Origin: Leucoraja ocellata
Lineage: Eukaryota
Length of the DNA: 64,000 nt
NCBI GenBank assembly: GCA_036785375.1
Contig: JAWMAR010000227.1
Coordinates: 3,286,001-3,350,000, forward strand
Direction: 5' to 3'
Below are positions 11,477-23,455 of this stretch, piece by piece (the first letter of the stretch is position 1; each line of letters opens with the position of its first letter). The position numbers and the translations under genes were made by a program. The notes below the pieces were generated by a model, which had not been told where the DNA came from, searched no databases, and worked only from the letters and a program-made list of their open reading frames with translations.

Positions 11477-11931
11477 GAGTCACACAGCACATAAACAGGC
11501 CTTTGGCCTAGCTTGTCCATGCCGACCAAGATGCCCCATCTACGCTCGTCCCACCAGCCCACGTTTGACCCAGATCCCACAAAATCTATTCTATCCATGT
11601 ACCTGTCCAAATGTCTTTTAAATGTTGTGATAGTATCTGCCTCAACTACCTCTACTGGCAGCTCATTCCATACACCCACCAAAAAGTTGTCCCTCAAGTT
11701 CCTATTAAATCTTTCCACTCTCATCTTAAACCTATGTCTCATAGTTATTGATGCCATTACCCTGGGTAAACGACTCTGCCCCCCATGATTTTATACACCT
11801 CTATAAGATCGCCCCTCAGCCTCATGCAATCCAAGGGAAACATTCCTAGCCTGCCTAACCTCTCCAGATAGCTCAGACCTTCGAGTCCGGGCAACGTCAT
11901 TGGAAAATCTTCTCTGCACTCTTTCCAGCTT
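11477..11931 (-). mobile_element. CR1 LINE 3' fragment
   Basis: Peptide VGVWNELPVEVVEADTITTFKRHLDRYM on the minus strand. Confidence 0.85.
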
Positions 11932-12139
11932 AAAAGTCGTGAACCTCGACATCAGGCCGTGCTTGTGAGGTCACCTGAGAGATGGAATGGCTCAGGTGTC
12001 TCATTGCTGAAGTAATTCTGTGTGAAAAACACAAAGACACGTTTCTCATGAATGGCTCCTTCGTCCAGGAAGTCAGCATGCAAAACTTTGGTAATCTCTC
12101 TCTCTGCTGTGCCGTCTGAGGGAATACAGTCAAGAAATA

Positions 12140-12378
12140 CAGGCCCGTACGAAGCTTTTCACAAAGGGGGGTGGCATGACAGGATTACAAAAAACTTAAT
12201 GTGAAATAATGTGCACGCTACGCACATCACAAGCACGAAGCTTGAAGTCCCTCGATGCCAGGGTCCAGGGCCCACTTAAGGGCCCTGAAAGCTCAGGAGT
12301 TTTAGATGCTTTCTGATGCATTCTGAGCCTTATTTTGGAGCATTTGTGCACCAAATTTATGACCAATATTTCAGAAAT
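12140..12378. mobile_element. Possible hAT-type DNA transposon end
   Basis: Starts CAGGCCCGTACGAAG, similar to the inverted end at 14627-14641. Confidence 0.35.
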
Positions 12379-12379
12379 T

Positions 12380-12633
12380 AACAGGAATTAGAGAGGTAGC
12401 TTTTTTCACACAAAGGGTGCTGGGTGTATGTAACGAGCTGCCAGAGGAGGTAGTTAAGGCTGGGACTATCCTAATGTTTAAGAGACATTTGGACACGTAC
12501 ATGGATAGGACAGATTTAGATGGATATATGGGCCAAACGCACGTGAGTGGGACTAGTTTAGATGGGACGTGTTGGTCGGTGTGGGCAAGTTGGGCTGAAG
12601 GGCCTGTTTCCACACTGCATCATTCTATGACTA
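12380..12633 (+). mobile_element. CR1 3' fragment
   Basis: NELPEEVV...FKRHLD peptide and gggcctgtttcc tail. Confidence 0.8.
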
Positions 12634-13119
12634 AAAAGTGAAGAAGAAAAATGCATGTAGATAAGTAGAGCAGATTTGAAAGAGGAGTGAAATGTAAAGG
12701 CAGAGAGAGGTTTATGGGTGGAAAGGAACATAGGAAAGGAGGGGGGGGGGAGAGTGGGCTTGGGCAGATGGGTGAAGGGAAAATAGTCACAAAGTGCTGG
12801 AGTAACTCAGTGGGCAGGGCAGCATCTGCGGAGAATATTAATAGGCGATGTTTCACAGAGTGCTGGAGTAACTCCGCGGGTCAGGCAGCATCTCTGCTGA
12901 AAAGGTATAGATTATATTTCGGGTCAAGACCGTTCTTCAGTAATATTCATGATGTGACATGCATAGACATTCCTGAATGTTACCCAAACCATCGTGAGCT
13001 ACTTTGTTACGATGCTTGCCCTCTCCTATAACATTTCTGCTGCCTTGGGTGATGCAGGACAGGACACAAGCTTTGGGGCACGGTGTGAAGCTGTTGCCGT
13101 CTGTCCCAGCCTGGTAAAA

Positions 13120-13950
13120 ACCTGGATGGAGTGGATTTGGGGAGGATGTTTCCACTAGTGGGAGAGTCTAGGACCAGTGGCCACAGCCTCAGAATTAAAA
13201 GACATTCCTTTAGGAAGGAGAGGGTGGTGAACTGTGGAATTCATTGCCACAGACAGCTGTGGAGGTCAAGTCAATGGACATTTTTCAGGAGGAGATTGAT
13301 AGATTCTTGATTGATACGGGTGTCGGAGGTTATGGGGAGAAGGCAGGAGAATGGGTTTGAGAGGGAAAGATAGATAGAGTCATAGAATGATACAGTGTGG
13401 AAACAGGCCCTTCGGCCCAGCATGTCTCATCTGCACTGGTCCACCTGCCCACGTTTGATCCATATCCCTCCGAATCTGTCCTATCCATGTACCTGTCTAA
13501 CTGTTTCTTAAATGTTGCGATAGTCCCTGTCTCAACTACCTCCTCTGGCAGCTTGTTCCATACACCAACCACCCTTTGTGTGAAAAACATACCCCTCAGA
13601 TTCCTATTAAATCTTTTGCTCTTCACCTTAAACTTATGTTCTCTGCTCCTCGATTCACTTACTCTGGGCAAAAGACTCAACCATATCTATCCAAATCATG
13701 ATTTTATACACCTCTATTAGATCATCTCTCATCCTCCTGTGCTCCATGAAATAGAGTCCCAGCCTACTCAACCTCTCCCTATAGCTCTGGCCCTCTAGTC
13801 CTGGCAACATCCTCGTAAATCTTCACTGTACCCTTTCCAGTTTGATGACATCTTTCCTATAACATGATGCCCAGAACTGACTCAATACTCTGAATGCGGC
13901 CTCACCAACTTCTTATGCAACTGCAACATGACCTCCCAACTTCTATACTC
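13120..13950. mobile_element. Two CR1 fragments tail to tail (13120-13375 +, 13376-13950 -)
   Basis: CR1 ORF2 C-terminal peptides on both strands. Confidence 0.8.
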
Positions 13951-14004
13951 AGCCTGGCCCGCTGAGTTACTCCAGCACTCTGTGAAACATCATAGAACAG
14001 GGCA

Positions 14005-15155
14005 AGATTAGCAAGTTTGCTGATGATTGGTTTTGTAGATAGTGAAGATGGTTGTGAAAGATTGCAGCAGGATCTGGATCAATTAGCCAGGTGGGCAGAG
14101 GAATGGTTGATGGTTGCATGGTTCCTTGATGGTCGTGTCGCAGGTATATCAGATGGTCAAAAAGTGTTTTAGCACTTTGGGGTTCATCAGTCAGAGTATT
14201 GAGTAGAGAAGTTGGGAGATCTTTCCCTCTCAAACCCATTCTCCTGCCTTCTCCCCATTACCTCTGACACCCGTATCAATCAAGAATCTACCAATCCTCT
14301 CCCAGTGGGGGTGGCGTGCGCCCAGCGGGGGTCAGTGTGGGTGGTGTGGATCCAGCAGGGGTTAGTGGGGGTGGCGTGGGCCCAGCGGGGGTGGCGTGGG
14401 CCCAGCGGGGGTGGCGTGGGCCCAGCGGGGGTGGCGTGGGCCCAGCGGGGGTGGCGTGGGCCCAGCGGGAGTGGCATGGACCCAGCGGGGTTCAGATTCA
14501 GCCGCTGGGTTCAGATTCAGCCACTCCCGCCCAGCGACGGGAGAATTTTTTTTTTCCATTACTCTGGGTGGGGGGGGGGGGGGGGGGGGGGGAAGGTGGA
14601 GTGTGGTCGCACCCAATGCACCCCCCCTTCGGACGGCCATGAAATATGTTCAGCTCTGGTTTATTGTGTTCAGTTTTGGTCCCCCTGTTATTAGGAAAGA
14701 TGCCATTAAGCTAGAAAGAATGCGGAGAAAATTTACGAGGATGTTGCCAGGACTCGAGGGCCTGAGCTACAGGGAGAGGTTGGCCGGGCTAGGACTTTAT
14801 TCCTTCGAGCGCGGGAGGCTGAGGGGTGGTTTTATGGAGGTATATAAAATCATGAGGGTAATAGATTGGATGAATGCGGAGTCCCAGGATAGAGGAATCA
14901 AGAACAGGTTTAATGTGGGAGGGGAAAGATTTAATAAGAACCTGAGGGGCAGCTTTTTCACACTGGTGGGTATATGAAATAAGCTGCCAGAGAAGGTAGT
15001 TGACCCAGGTACTCCCACAGTCCTGTACATTGATATTAATGGTTTACATGGATGTAGACCAAATGCAAGGAAGTGGGACTAGCTTAGATGGGGCAGCTTG
15101 GTTGGCATAGATGAGTTGGGCCGAAGGGCCTATTTCCGTGCTGTATGACTCTACA
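14005..15155 (+). mobile_element. Degenerate CR1 interrupted at about 14220-14641
   Basis: SKFADD motif near 14030; YCVQFWSP and RKFTRMLPGLEGLSYRERL after the insert. Confidence 0.75.
14301..14490. repeat. 20-bp GC-rich minisatellite (CCCAGCGGGGGTGGCGTGGG)n
   Basis: Four perfect units at 14381-14460 plus degenerate flanking units. Confidence 0.92.
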
Positions 15156-15340
15156 ACTCCAAATGACAACATGTCAGTTGCTGGTGAAATGAGGAAGATG
15201 ACTTGATCGGCACAAGTGAAGACTGATGACTTTGTCATCGGTTTGCAGCGATGATGGAGGATTCGACAGACAAACTGACATCTAAGCTCCACTGGGGGTT
15301 CAACACGGGCAGTGATGAGTAACTGAGCCATCTACACGGG

Positions 15341-15620
15341 AAGTTTAGTTTCGAGATACAGCGATGAAACAGGCCCTTCGTCCCCACCAAGCCTGCGCCG
15401 ACCAGCGATCCCTGCACACTAACACGATCCTACACACCAGGGACAATTTACAATTTTACCCAAGCCAATTAACCTACAAACCTGCACATCTTTGTTGTGT
15501 GGGAGGAAACCGGAGCTCCGGGGAAAACCCACGCAGGTGACGGGAGGAACGCACAGACTCCGTACAGACAAGCCCGTAGTCAGGATTCGACCCGGGTCTC
15601 TGGTGCGTCACCGTGCCACC
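15341..15620 (-). mobile_element. HE1-type tRNA-derived V-SINE
   Basis: Reverse complement of the SINE at 43222. Confidence 0.85.
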
Positions 15621-15905
15621 ATAGACTGGCAGTGAACCGGACCATCAACCCATGAAGGACAAGTGTGCCAGGGCAGTTCATATATGCCCAGAAATTGGAT
15701 GACGTTGTGCTGTTTATTTTTTAACAACATTTGATCCAAAATTAACCTCCCATTCAGAACGTTTTCAGATGAGATCATGCCATTCCTGATATTGGATTGG
15801 ACGTTGCCAAGAGATTTATTCCCAGGAACACAGTTAACAAAGTCATTCATTGTACAACACACACTCAACGCTTTCTATGGGTGTGAAGAAGGGTCCAGAT
15901 ACGAA

Positions 15906-16496
15906 TTATCATGGCCGTGGTGCCCACCCGGAAGACCACAAGGCATTATCGGTCGGAGGGACCCAGCCTGAAGGCTTTGCGGATAGCAGGACCAGGAACC
16001 TGCTCGGAGGCTTGGCGGACAGCGGACCGTGCAGGGCTGTTAGGAGGCTGAACCGGGATAATGCCTTTAGCACCTTCATAGTTGGCTGCAGGGAGCGCCC
16101 CAGGGACACAAAGATGGCCGGGCTAGGAGAGGGACATCAGTTCACGGAAACTGCTCCAGTATATCGAGTGCATGGACTTTGCAATTGGTGCCAAAACATG
16201 GCGACGCCCGCATGTGGACTATATTGGAAAATAATTTCACTGACAGTTACACATGTGACAGATAATGCCCCTGTCCCACTTAGGAAACCTGAACGGAAAC
16301 CTCTGGAGACTTTGTGCCCCACCCAAGGTTTCCGTGCGGTTCCTGGAGGTTGCAGGTGGTTGCCGGAGGTTGCAGGTAGTGGAAGCAGGTAGGGAGACTG
16401 ACAAAAACCTCCGGGAACCTCCGGGTGGGGCGCAAAGTCCCCGGAGGTTTCCGTTCAGGTTTCCTAAGTGGGACAGGGGCATAAAGCACCGTTGAA
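15906..16496 (+). mobile_element. Unclassified GC-rich retro-like element inserted into a hammerhead motif
   Basis: Splits gtgaagaagggtcc... from catctgtccattccctccacaga; 3' end tttcactg...catgtgaca..ataaa resembles Rex1 tails. Confidence 0.45.
16266..16481. mobile_element. PIF/Harbinger-type MITE
   Basis: Long TIR tgcccctgtcccacttaggaaacctgaacggaaacctc; TAA TSD at 16263-16265 and 16482-16484. Confidence 0.92.
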
Positions 16497-17464
16497 GCAT
16501 CTGTCCATTCCCTCCACAGACACTGCCTGAGCCGTTGCATTCTTCTGGCACTTTGTGCTTTGCTCAAGGTTCCAGCAAGTGCAGTTTCTTGCATCTCAAT
16601 GCTTTCTTGATGTAAATTCAAGTTACTTGGCCCAGAAAACAGTAATCACTTGGCAGCCTGGTGTAAACAAGGAGCACCATCCACCATACACTTTGATGCC
16701 ACTCAGCGGAGCACTAAACACACAACAAGGCACTCTGTCTGGGAGCTTCAAATCTCCAGAAGTGCTCAGAATGTACTCAAGCTAACGAATAGTGGAGTTT
16801 TAGAGGAGGCAATTGCCGAGGAAAATCATTTAATGGTGCTTTCAGTGGCCCCTGCACCCGAGCATCAGGAGCAATCTCACTTCCAGTCTAGCATGGTCAG
16901 GAGTAAAAATTGTCAGACCCAAGGGACTGCAGATGCTGGTTTCTAAAAGAAGTCACACAGCACTGGCGTAACTCAGAGGGTCAAGCAGCACCTCTGGAGA
17001 ACATGGATTCGGTGATGTTTGTCTTGACCTGAAACATTGTTTACCCATGTTCTCCATTGATGTGGCCTGACCTGCTGAGTTACTCCATTATTGTATTCTA
17101 GTGTCATATGTACCAACAACAAAACTGTGAATTACTTGCTGCAGCTTAATCGGTGCATTACTGGTATAACACACGGATAGAAATACGACAATCAAAGTAA
17201 CAATACATTATTATTATGGTAAGCTTAATAGTGCAAAATCGAAGTTTGTCGTGCAACCATAGACATAGTCCATAGTTGCTGAGATAGTGATTAGAGTTTT
17301 GCGTCATTCAAGAGCCTCATAAGTTTGTCAGTTCTAGGAGCAGAATTAGGCCATTTGGCCCAACAAGTTTACTCTGTATTAAATTGCAGCTGATCTATGT
17401 TTCCCTCTCAACTCCATTCTCCTGCCTCCTCCCATTAACTCCTGACAGCCTTGCTAATCAAAAA

Positions 17465-17825
17465 CGATGGGTGTTAGAAAGAAGCTGTTCCTGAACCTGG
17501 AGGTCACTGTTTTCATGCTCCTGTACATTCTTCCCGAGGATAGGAGTGATGTGAGTGCCTAGCCAGGGGTTGTGGATCTTTCAGGGATTTTGCTGCCTCT
17601 TTGAGGCAGCGCTTCCTACAGACCACTTTGATGGTGGGATCAGTGCCCATGGTAGTGACTGGGGCAGTGTCCACAACATTCAGCACATTACATTATCCTG
17701 GGTGTTCAAGACGCTGCTGCAGAGCGCGATGCAATCCGTCACTCTGCCCTCAACCATACACCCGCGGAAGTTTAACAGACTATTCGTCGATATTCTGAAT
17801 CTCCTCAATCTTCTGAGGAAGGCAT
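17465..17825 (-). mobile_element. Rex1/Babar-type fragment
   Basis: gaagctgttcctgaacctgg...ctcctcaatcttctgaggaa, similar to 7640-7980. Confidence 0.65.
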
Positions 17826-18154
17826 TCCTTATCCTTGTCTCCAATCTGCCTGCTCAATACAGGCCAGGGAGCTCTCCTGACCAACAGGAGCCACATCCAA
17901 TGCTCAAAGTTTACTTGAATTCAGCAAGTGTAAGAAAGTGTCAAAGTTTGGTGAACTCTTTTGCCATCTCCACAAAATATCAGGAAGTGAGCTGCCGGGA
18001 TTAAGTCAAATTGATATCCGGATCGATCGCTGAACAGCAGAATAAGAACCATGATTTGCAAACACTGCAGATGCCCCGTCAGCCAATCTAATGCAGAAGC
18101 TACAGTACCTTTCAACATAAGTCACCAGCTGTGAGGTTCCTTGGTAGAACCTAA

Positions 18155-18692
18155 AGGGACTGTCCCACTTGGGCGACCCCTACTGCAAGTTCTTGGGAGT
18201 TTGCCCGCGATCCATACTCGCAGCATGGTCGCCACAAGGTCTTCGTAACTCTCCTTCATGCTCGAGAGTGGTCTCCGCGCACTCGAGGCCTCAGCTAGGT
18301 CGCGGCACTTTTTTCAAAATGTTAAAAAAAATGCCTGCGAGTAAAAAAAGGTCGCCATGGAAAAAAAGTTTTACTCGTAGGTTTGGTCATATTAGGTCGT
18401 AGTAGGTCGGCATGTTAGTCGTGGGTAGTCGAAGCTAGTGGTAGGTGGTCATCATCATAGTCGAAGGGAGGTCGAAGGGAATGTCAAAGGGAGGTCGTAG
18501 GAGATCAAAGGAGGTCGTCTTCACTCTCCACTATTCGGTGTCCAATTTTCCTGAAGCTAGTCGTAGCTAGTCGCACCTAATCGAAACTGGTCTTCCACAT
18601 AGTCGAAGGAGGTCTTCAACATGACATTTTTTTCAAACTCTCCTAAGCTCTTCTAAACTCGCCAATTAGGTCGCCCAAGTGGAACAGGCCCT
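18155..18692. mobile_element. PIF/Harbinger-type non-autonomous element
   Basis: TIR agggactgtcccacttgggcgacc / ggtcgcccaagtggaacaggccct; TAA TSD; internal (ggtcg/agtcg) repeats. Confidence 0.88.
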
Positions 18693-18828
18693 TAAGAATG
18701 TGAAAGATAATGTAGATGCAATGTGAGGTCGGAGCCTCGAGGTCAGGGTGTCGAGGTTGGAGTGAGTCGGGCCAAAGTGGACGGGCCATGCCGTCGAGAA
18801 TAAAGAGGGACCTGGCGTGGGGGGGGGG

Positions 18829-19123
18829 GGGGACAGTGGTGCAGCGGTAGAGTTGCTGCCTTACAGCGCCAGAGATGGGTTCGAGCCTCACTACGGGTGC
18901 TTGTCTGTACGGAGTTTGTACGTTCTCCCCGTGACCTGCGTTGGTTTCTCCGGGGGACTCTGGTATCCTCCCACACTCCAAAGATGTACAGGATTGTAGG
19001 TTAATTGGCTTCTGTAAATTGCAAATTGTCCTTAGTGTGTAGGATAGAACTAGTGTACGGGGTGATTGCTGGTTGGAGCAGAGTGAGTGGGCCGAAAGGC
19101 CTGTTTCCTTACCGTTTCTCCAA
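18829..19123 (+). mobile_element. HE1-type V-SINE
   Basis: A box tggtgcagcgg, B box ggttcgagcc, CR1-like tail. Confidence 0.88.
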
Positions 19124-19386
19124 AGTGGAAGAAGAATGGAGCATCCTGACTGAGGTCAAGATCAAACCCAGGTCTCTGGTGCTGTGAGGCAGCAGCTCTA
19201 CCCGCTGTACCACTGTGCCACCCCAAGATACTCCAATCAATTTTTGGAATCTAGTTCTCCTTGATTCTTGTTGTTGATTTTGCCCCTTGTTCTTATTTGT
19301 GCTTTTCATGTGTTGTCAATCGTATAAAACATCTTTACTTAGTTTTATTTATAATGCTAATATTCATAGTATTTAGTTTGTAGGCA

Positions 19387-19572
19387 NNNNNNNNNNNNNN
19401 NNNNNNNNNNNNNNNNNNNNNNNNNNNNNNNNNNNNNNNNNNNNNNNNNNNNNNNNNNNNNNNNNNNNNNNNNNNNNNNNNNNNNNNNNNNNNNNNNNNN
19501 NNNNNNNNNNNNNNNNNNNNNNNNNNNNNNNNNNNNNNNNNNNNNNNNNNNNNNNNNNNNNNNNNNNNNNNN
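19387..19572. other. Assembly gap
   Basis: N run. Confidence 1.
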
Positions 19573-20484
19573 CTGCCGCCGTCCGTCCACCGTCCGTCCG
19601 TCCGGCTGCCTGCCGGCCGCCTTTCTGCCTTTGATTTGTTGTAACGCCGACACCAGACGCAGAGTCGCCGAGATTATTTCAATTTCGGTAGAGATTTCAC
19701 TTTTCATTCTAAGTATCCACTCCTGATTGAATTTTGTCGTGTTTATGTACACATATTTAATCAAATCCTCCTCCCCCCCCCCCCTCAAATTTCAAAAGAA
19801 AACTGCTTCTTACCCATAGAAGCAGCCCCAGCCCCAGCCCCAGCCCCAGCCCCTGGTGAATGTTCCATCGTGTGATGTCACAATGCCCAATGCTCAAAGA
19901 CATTCTTACCATAGAGGGAGTACAGAGAAGGTTCACCAGACTGATTCCTGGGATGTCAGGACTTTCATATGAAGAAAGACTGGATAGACTCAGTTTGTAC
20001 TCGCTAGATTTTAGAAGATTGAGAGGGGATCTTATAGAAACTTACAAAATTCATAAGGGGTTGGACAGGCTAGATGCAGGAAGATTGTTCAAGATGTTGG
20101 GGAAGTCCAGAACAAGGATAAAGAGGAAAATCTTTTAGGACCGAGATGAGAAAAACATTTTTCACACAGAGAATGGTGAATCTCTGGAATTCTCTGCCAC
20201 AGAAGGTAGTACCCCTACCCCACTCTACTTTCCTTCCCAAATCTCTCCAGTTTCCTCCTCCTCCTCCTCTCCCCTCCCTCCCCTCTTCTCACCCTCCCCT
20301 CCCTCCCCTCCCTCCCCCTCTTCTCACCCTCCCCTCTCCCCACCCCATCTCCCTCTCCACCCCTCCCCCCACCTGTGTGTTTGGGGGGTGGTTAGTGTGA
20401 GTGTAATGCCGCAGCCCCCCTCCCCCCCACCCCCCACTAATGCGTGGTGGGAAAACAGACCCAACGGGTTTGCACTTGGTCTAG
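19573..20484 (+). mobile_element. Helitron-like non-autonomous element (5' end probably in the gap) containing a CR1 fragment
   Basis: (ccgt)n near the start; subterminal hairpin cagaccc-aac-gggtttg then CTAG|T at 20481-20485. Confidence 0.6.
19896..20210 (+). mobile_element. Internal CR1 fragment without 3' tail
   Basis: KDILTIEGVQRRFTRLIPG peptide, near-identical to 9583-9910 with a short deletion. Confidence 0.85.
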
Positions 20485-20488
20485 TATA

Positions 20489-21220
20489 TCTATAAAAGTC
20501 TCATTTTGTGTGTGTGCGTGTATGTTTTGTATCTTCCTCAAAACGCTGCGCGCTAGCACCTAAATCTTTACATATTTAAACACATTTTTCTCATCAACGC
20601 CGTACTCAGGTTCACTTAAGATTTCATCCTATATTCCACGTTATAATGATTAAAGTTTTTTAAAAAGGCAAAAACTGGGTCTCACACACAGCCTTTTTCC
20701 AGGAGCTTCCAGCAATGATGTCACAATGCCATTCACCGTGTACCAATCACAATGGGCTCTCAAGCTGCCGAATGCGACAGTGACATCACAATGGGACGTT
20801 GTCAACGGTAACCGCAACAGGAGGAGAGGTTGCCNNNNNNNNNNNNNNNNNNNNNNNNNNNNNNNNNNNNNNNNNNNNNNNNNNNNNNNNNNNNNNNNNN
20901 NNNNNNNNNNNNNNNNNNNNNNNNNNNNNNNNNNNNNNNNNNNNNNNNNNNNNNNNNNNNNNNNNNNNNNNNNNNNNNNNNNNNNNNNNNNNNNNNNNNN
21001 NNNNNNNNNNNNNNNNNNNNNNNNNNNNNNNNNNNNNNNNNNNNNNNNNNNNNNNNNNNNNNNNNNNNNNNNNNNNNNNNNNNNNNNNNNNNNNNNNNNN
21101 NNNNNNNNNNGCTGGAGGCCTTCCATGAACGATGGTCGCCGCATGGGAGGAGAATCAGAATGCTGCCATCGAGGGAGAGAGAGAGAGAGTGCCCGCAACA
21201 CCCCCCCCACACGTTGAGTC
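20489..21220 (+). mobile_element. Second Helitron-like element in tandem (spans the gap)
   Basis: A|TC start tctataaaagtctc; shares tgatgtcacaatgcc with the first element. Confidence 0.45.
20835..21110. other. Assembly gap
   Basis: N run. Confidence 1.
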
Positions 21221-22544
21221 CACGCTACCAGCGTGCGCCAAAGGACCTGTTCCAATGCTTTGTGACTCTTAAGTCCCAAAGAATGACTAATTTATCATAA
21301 AATTCCACTTGAGGAAGATAGATGACTCAGATCCAGGAAAGATTGGGGTTTGAATGTAAATCAGAGCTGGCCCCATAGTCCATCTTGCTTCATTAACAAA
21401 ATAAAATTCTGATTTGTTGCCAATGATTTGTTGGTCATGGAATCATCAGTCAAGCAGGTAGTAATCACATCAACTGAAGGCTGGTGGATAAAATGTTTGT
21501 ACTATCTGCTCTCTTTCACGCTAAATGCTTATGTATTTACAGTAGGTCAGAAAGGTTCAGTATTCCTGTTTGAGTCTATTATTTGACTGGGTGACAACAA
21601 TCCACGATGAAGGATATTATTGACGAGGATTAGTGCACCCGTTCTGATTTTCTGAATGGTACATCACATAACCTTTTGTGCGAGTACATGTGCAGATAAA
21701 GAGGCTTTTGCTGAGTCTTAGTGCTGGACTGCGCTGTTCCCTGCCCATGATTTACAGGCAGCTGAGCAAAGTCTTAGCCAATTTATAACTAGACTGCTTT
21801 TGTCTTGGTGCTGTTGACCCCATAAAAATAGCTAGAATGATTGCAGGTTTAGTTTGATTTACCCTGTTAATTATATCTTCTTTCCTTGGAGAAAAAATGT
21901 ATAATGTAAGGTATTATAGAATGTCAGAAGCATAGAGGCCTCAGCCATTTTAGAGCTATGTTCAAAACATGAAGCAATCTATTGCAAAAGAAGGAAGTGT
22001 CTTATAGACCATCAACCAGCACTGGCTTAATGATTTTCTGTCCACAAGAAGCCTATCATTTAGTGATTCATTTTGTAATTTGTTTTCCCAGTCTCTGGAT
22101 CTAAAGATAAGGAACATACAATCCACTATGGTTAACAATTTTCACAAAATCCAGATGATATGATCTTATCTCCATCTTTCCATGAACATAACCACACATC
22201 TCATTATCACGCATAAGCCCAGTTAGCCCAATGTATTTACACTTCGATTCAGCAACAAGAGCCCAGTCATTCAGGGTTCAGTGGCGATGGTCCACACAGA
22301 GGCAAGTTGTACATGGGCCTCAAGGTTGTCTCAATGTCTTTGAGCCGAATCAGGTCACCTCCAAAGATCTGAGACTTCTAGATGCCAAGTGAGTCAGAAG
22401 CAATAAACTGGATGGAGCCCAGGATGAATTCTGACCTCATTGAATGGTGGTGCAGCCTTAACAAGCAACGTGGCTTAATCCTGCGTCTAACTCTAACACT
22501 TATATAATCCACTATCCAAGGATCAGTTTGGATACACAGTTTTT

Positions 22545-22695
22545 CCCCCAATTCCCTTTTTCCTATCTCCAGTTCCCTCGCCTCTACTTTCAGTCTGAAG
22601 AAGGATCCCGACCTGAAATGCCACCCATCCTTTTTCTCCAGAGATGCTGCCTGACCTGCTGAGTTACTCCAGCACTTTGTATCTATCTTCAGTTT
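22545..22695 (+). mobile_element. Penelope-derived unit with hammerhead remnant
   Basis: ctactttcagtctgaagaaggatcccgacctgaaatgcc. Confidence 0.7.
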
Positions 22696-22749
22696 GGATG
22701 CAACTTGAGTACGGGCATACTCGCAGAATTAATCCAAATTAGGATGGAA

Positions 22750-23075
22750 GAGTCATAGTCTTAGAGTCGTACGGCATGGAAACAGGCCTTTTGGCCCATC
22801 TCGTCCATGCCGACCAAGATGTCCCATCTAAGCTAGTCCCGTTTGTGGAGTTAAATTGTATTGCCACAGAATGTAGTTGAGGCCAGTTCATTGGCTATAT
22901 TTTAGAGGGAGTTAGATGTGGCCCTTGCGGCTAAAGGGATGAGGGGGTATGGAGAGAAGGCAGGTACAGGATACTGAGTTGGATGATCAGCCATGATCAT
23001 ATTGAATGGCGATGCAGGCTCGAAGGGCCGAATGGCCTACTCCTGCACCTATTTTCTATGTCTATGTTTCTATGT
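22750..23075. mobile_element. Chimeric CR1 pieces (minus-strand tail plus plus-strand 3' end)
   Basis: Junction gtttgtggagttaaattgta; the first 191 bp recur at 46686-46876. Confidence 0.8.
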
Positions 23076-23191
23076 GAAGTGGGGATCTCTGTCATGATAT
23101 CAGAATAGCACTGGGTTGAGAATGACATCAGGGAACGCTGATAAAATTAAAGTCATTATGAACCTAACGAAGAAAACCTACTGCCTAGTGT

Positions 23192-23397
23192 AGATAGACA
23201 CAAAAAGCTGGAGTAACTCAGCGGGACAGGAGGTATCTCCGGAGAGAAGGAATGGGTGCCGTTTCGGGTCTGAAGAAGGGTCTTGACCCAAAACGTCACC
23301 CAATCCTTCTCTCCAGAGATGCCCTCTGTCCCGCTGAGTTACTCCAGCTTTTTGTGTGTATCTTCAGATTAAACCTGCATCTGCAGTTCCTTCCCAC
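23192..23397. mobile_element. Penelope-derived fold-back unit centred on the hammerhead motif
   Basis: Inverted arms around gggtctgaagaagggtcttgacccaaaacgtc. Confidence 0.8.
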
Positions 23398-23455
23398 TAC
23401 ATGCCAAAAACAGAAGAAAATGGAACATTGGTGAAAACCATTCCTGGCAGACTAA

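Noticed and set aside
12140-14641. One 2.5-kb hAT element spanning both TIR-like ends
   Set aside because: The flanking 8-mers differ (aagaaata versus aaatatgt), and the right end lies inside a CR1 that continues beyond it.
14212-14694. Repetitive Gly/Pro/Trp-rich ORFs
   Set aside because: Translations of the 20-bp minisatellite.
19357-21300. Long ORFs crossing N runs (also at 37473-37980 and 44683-45304)
   Set aside because: Artefacts of translating assembly gaps and microsatellites.
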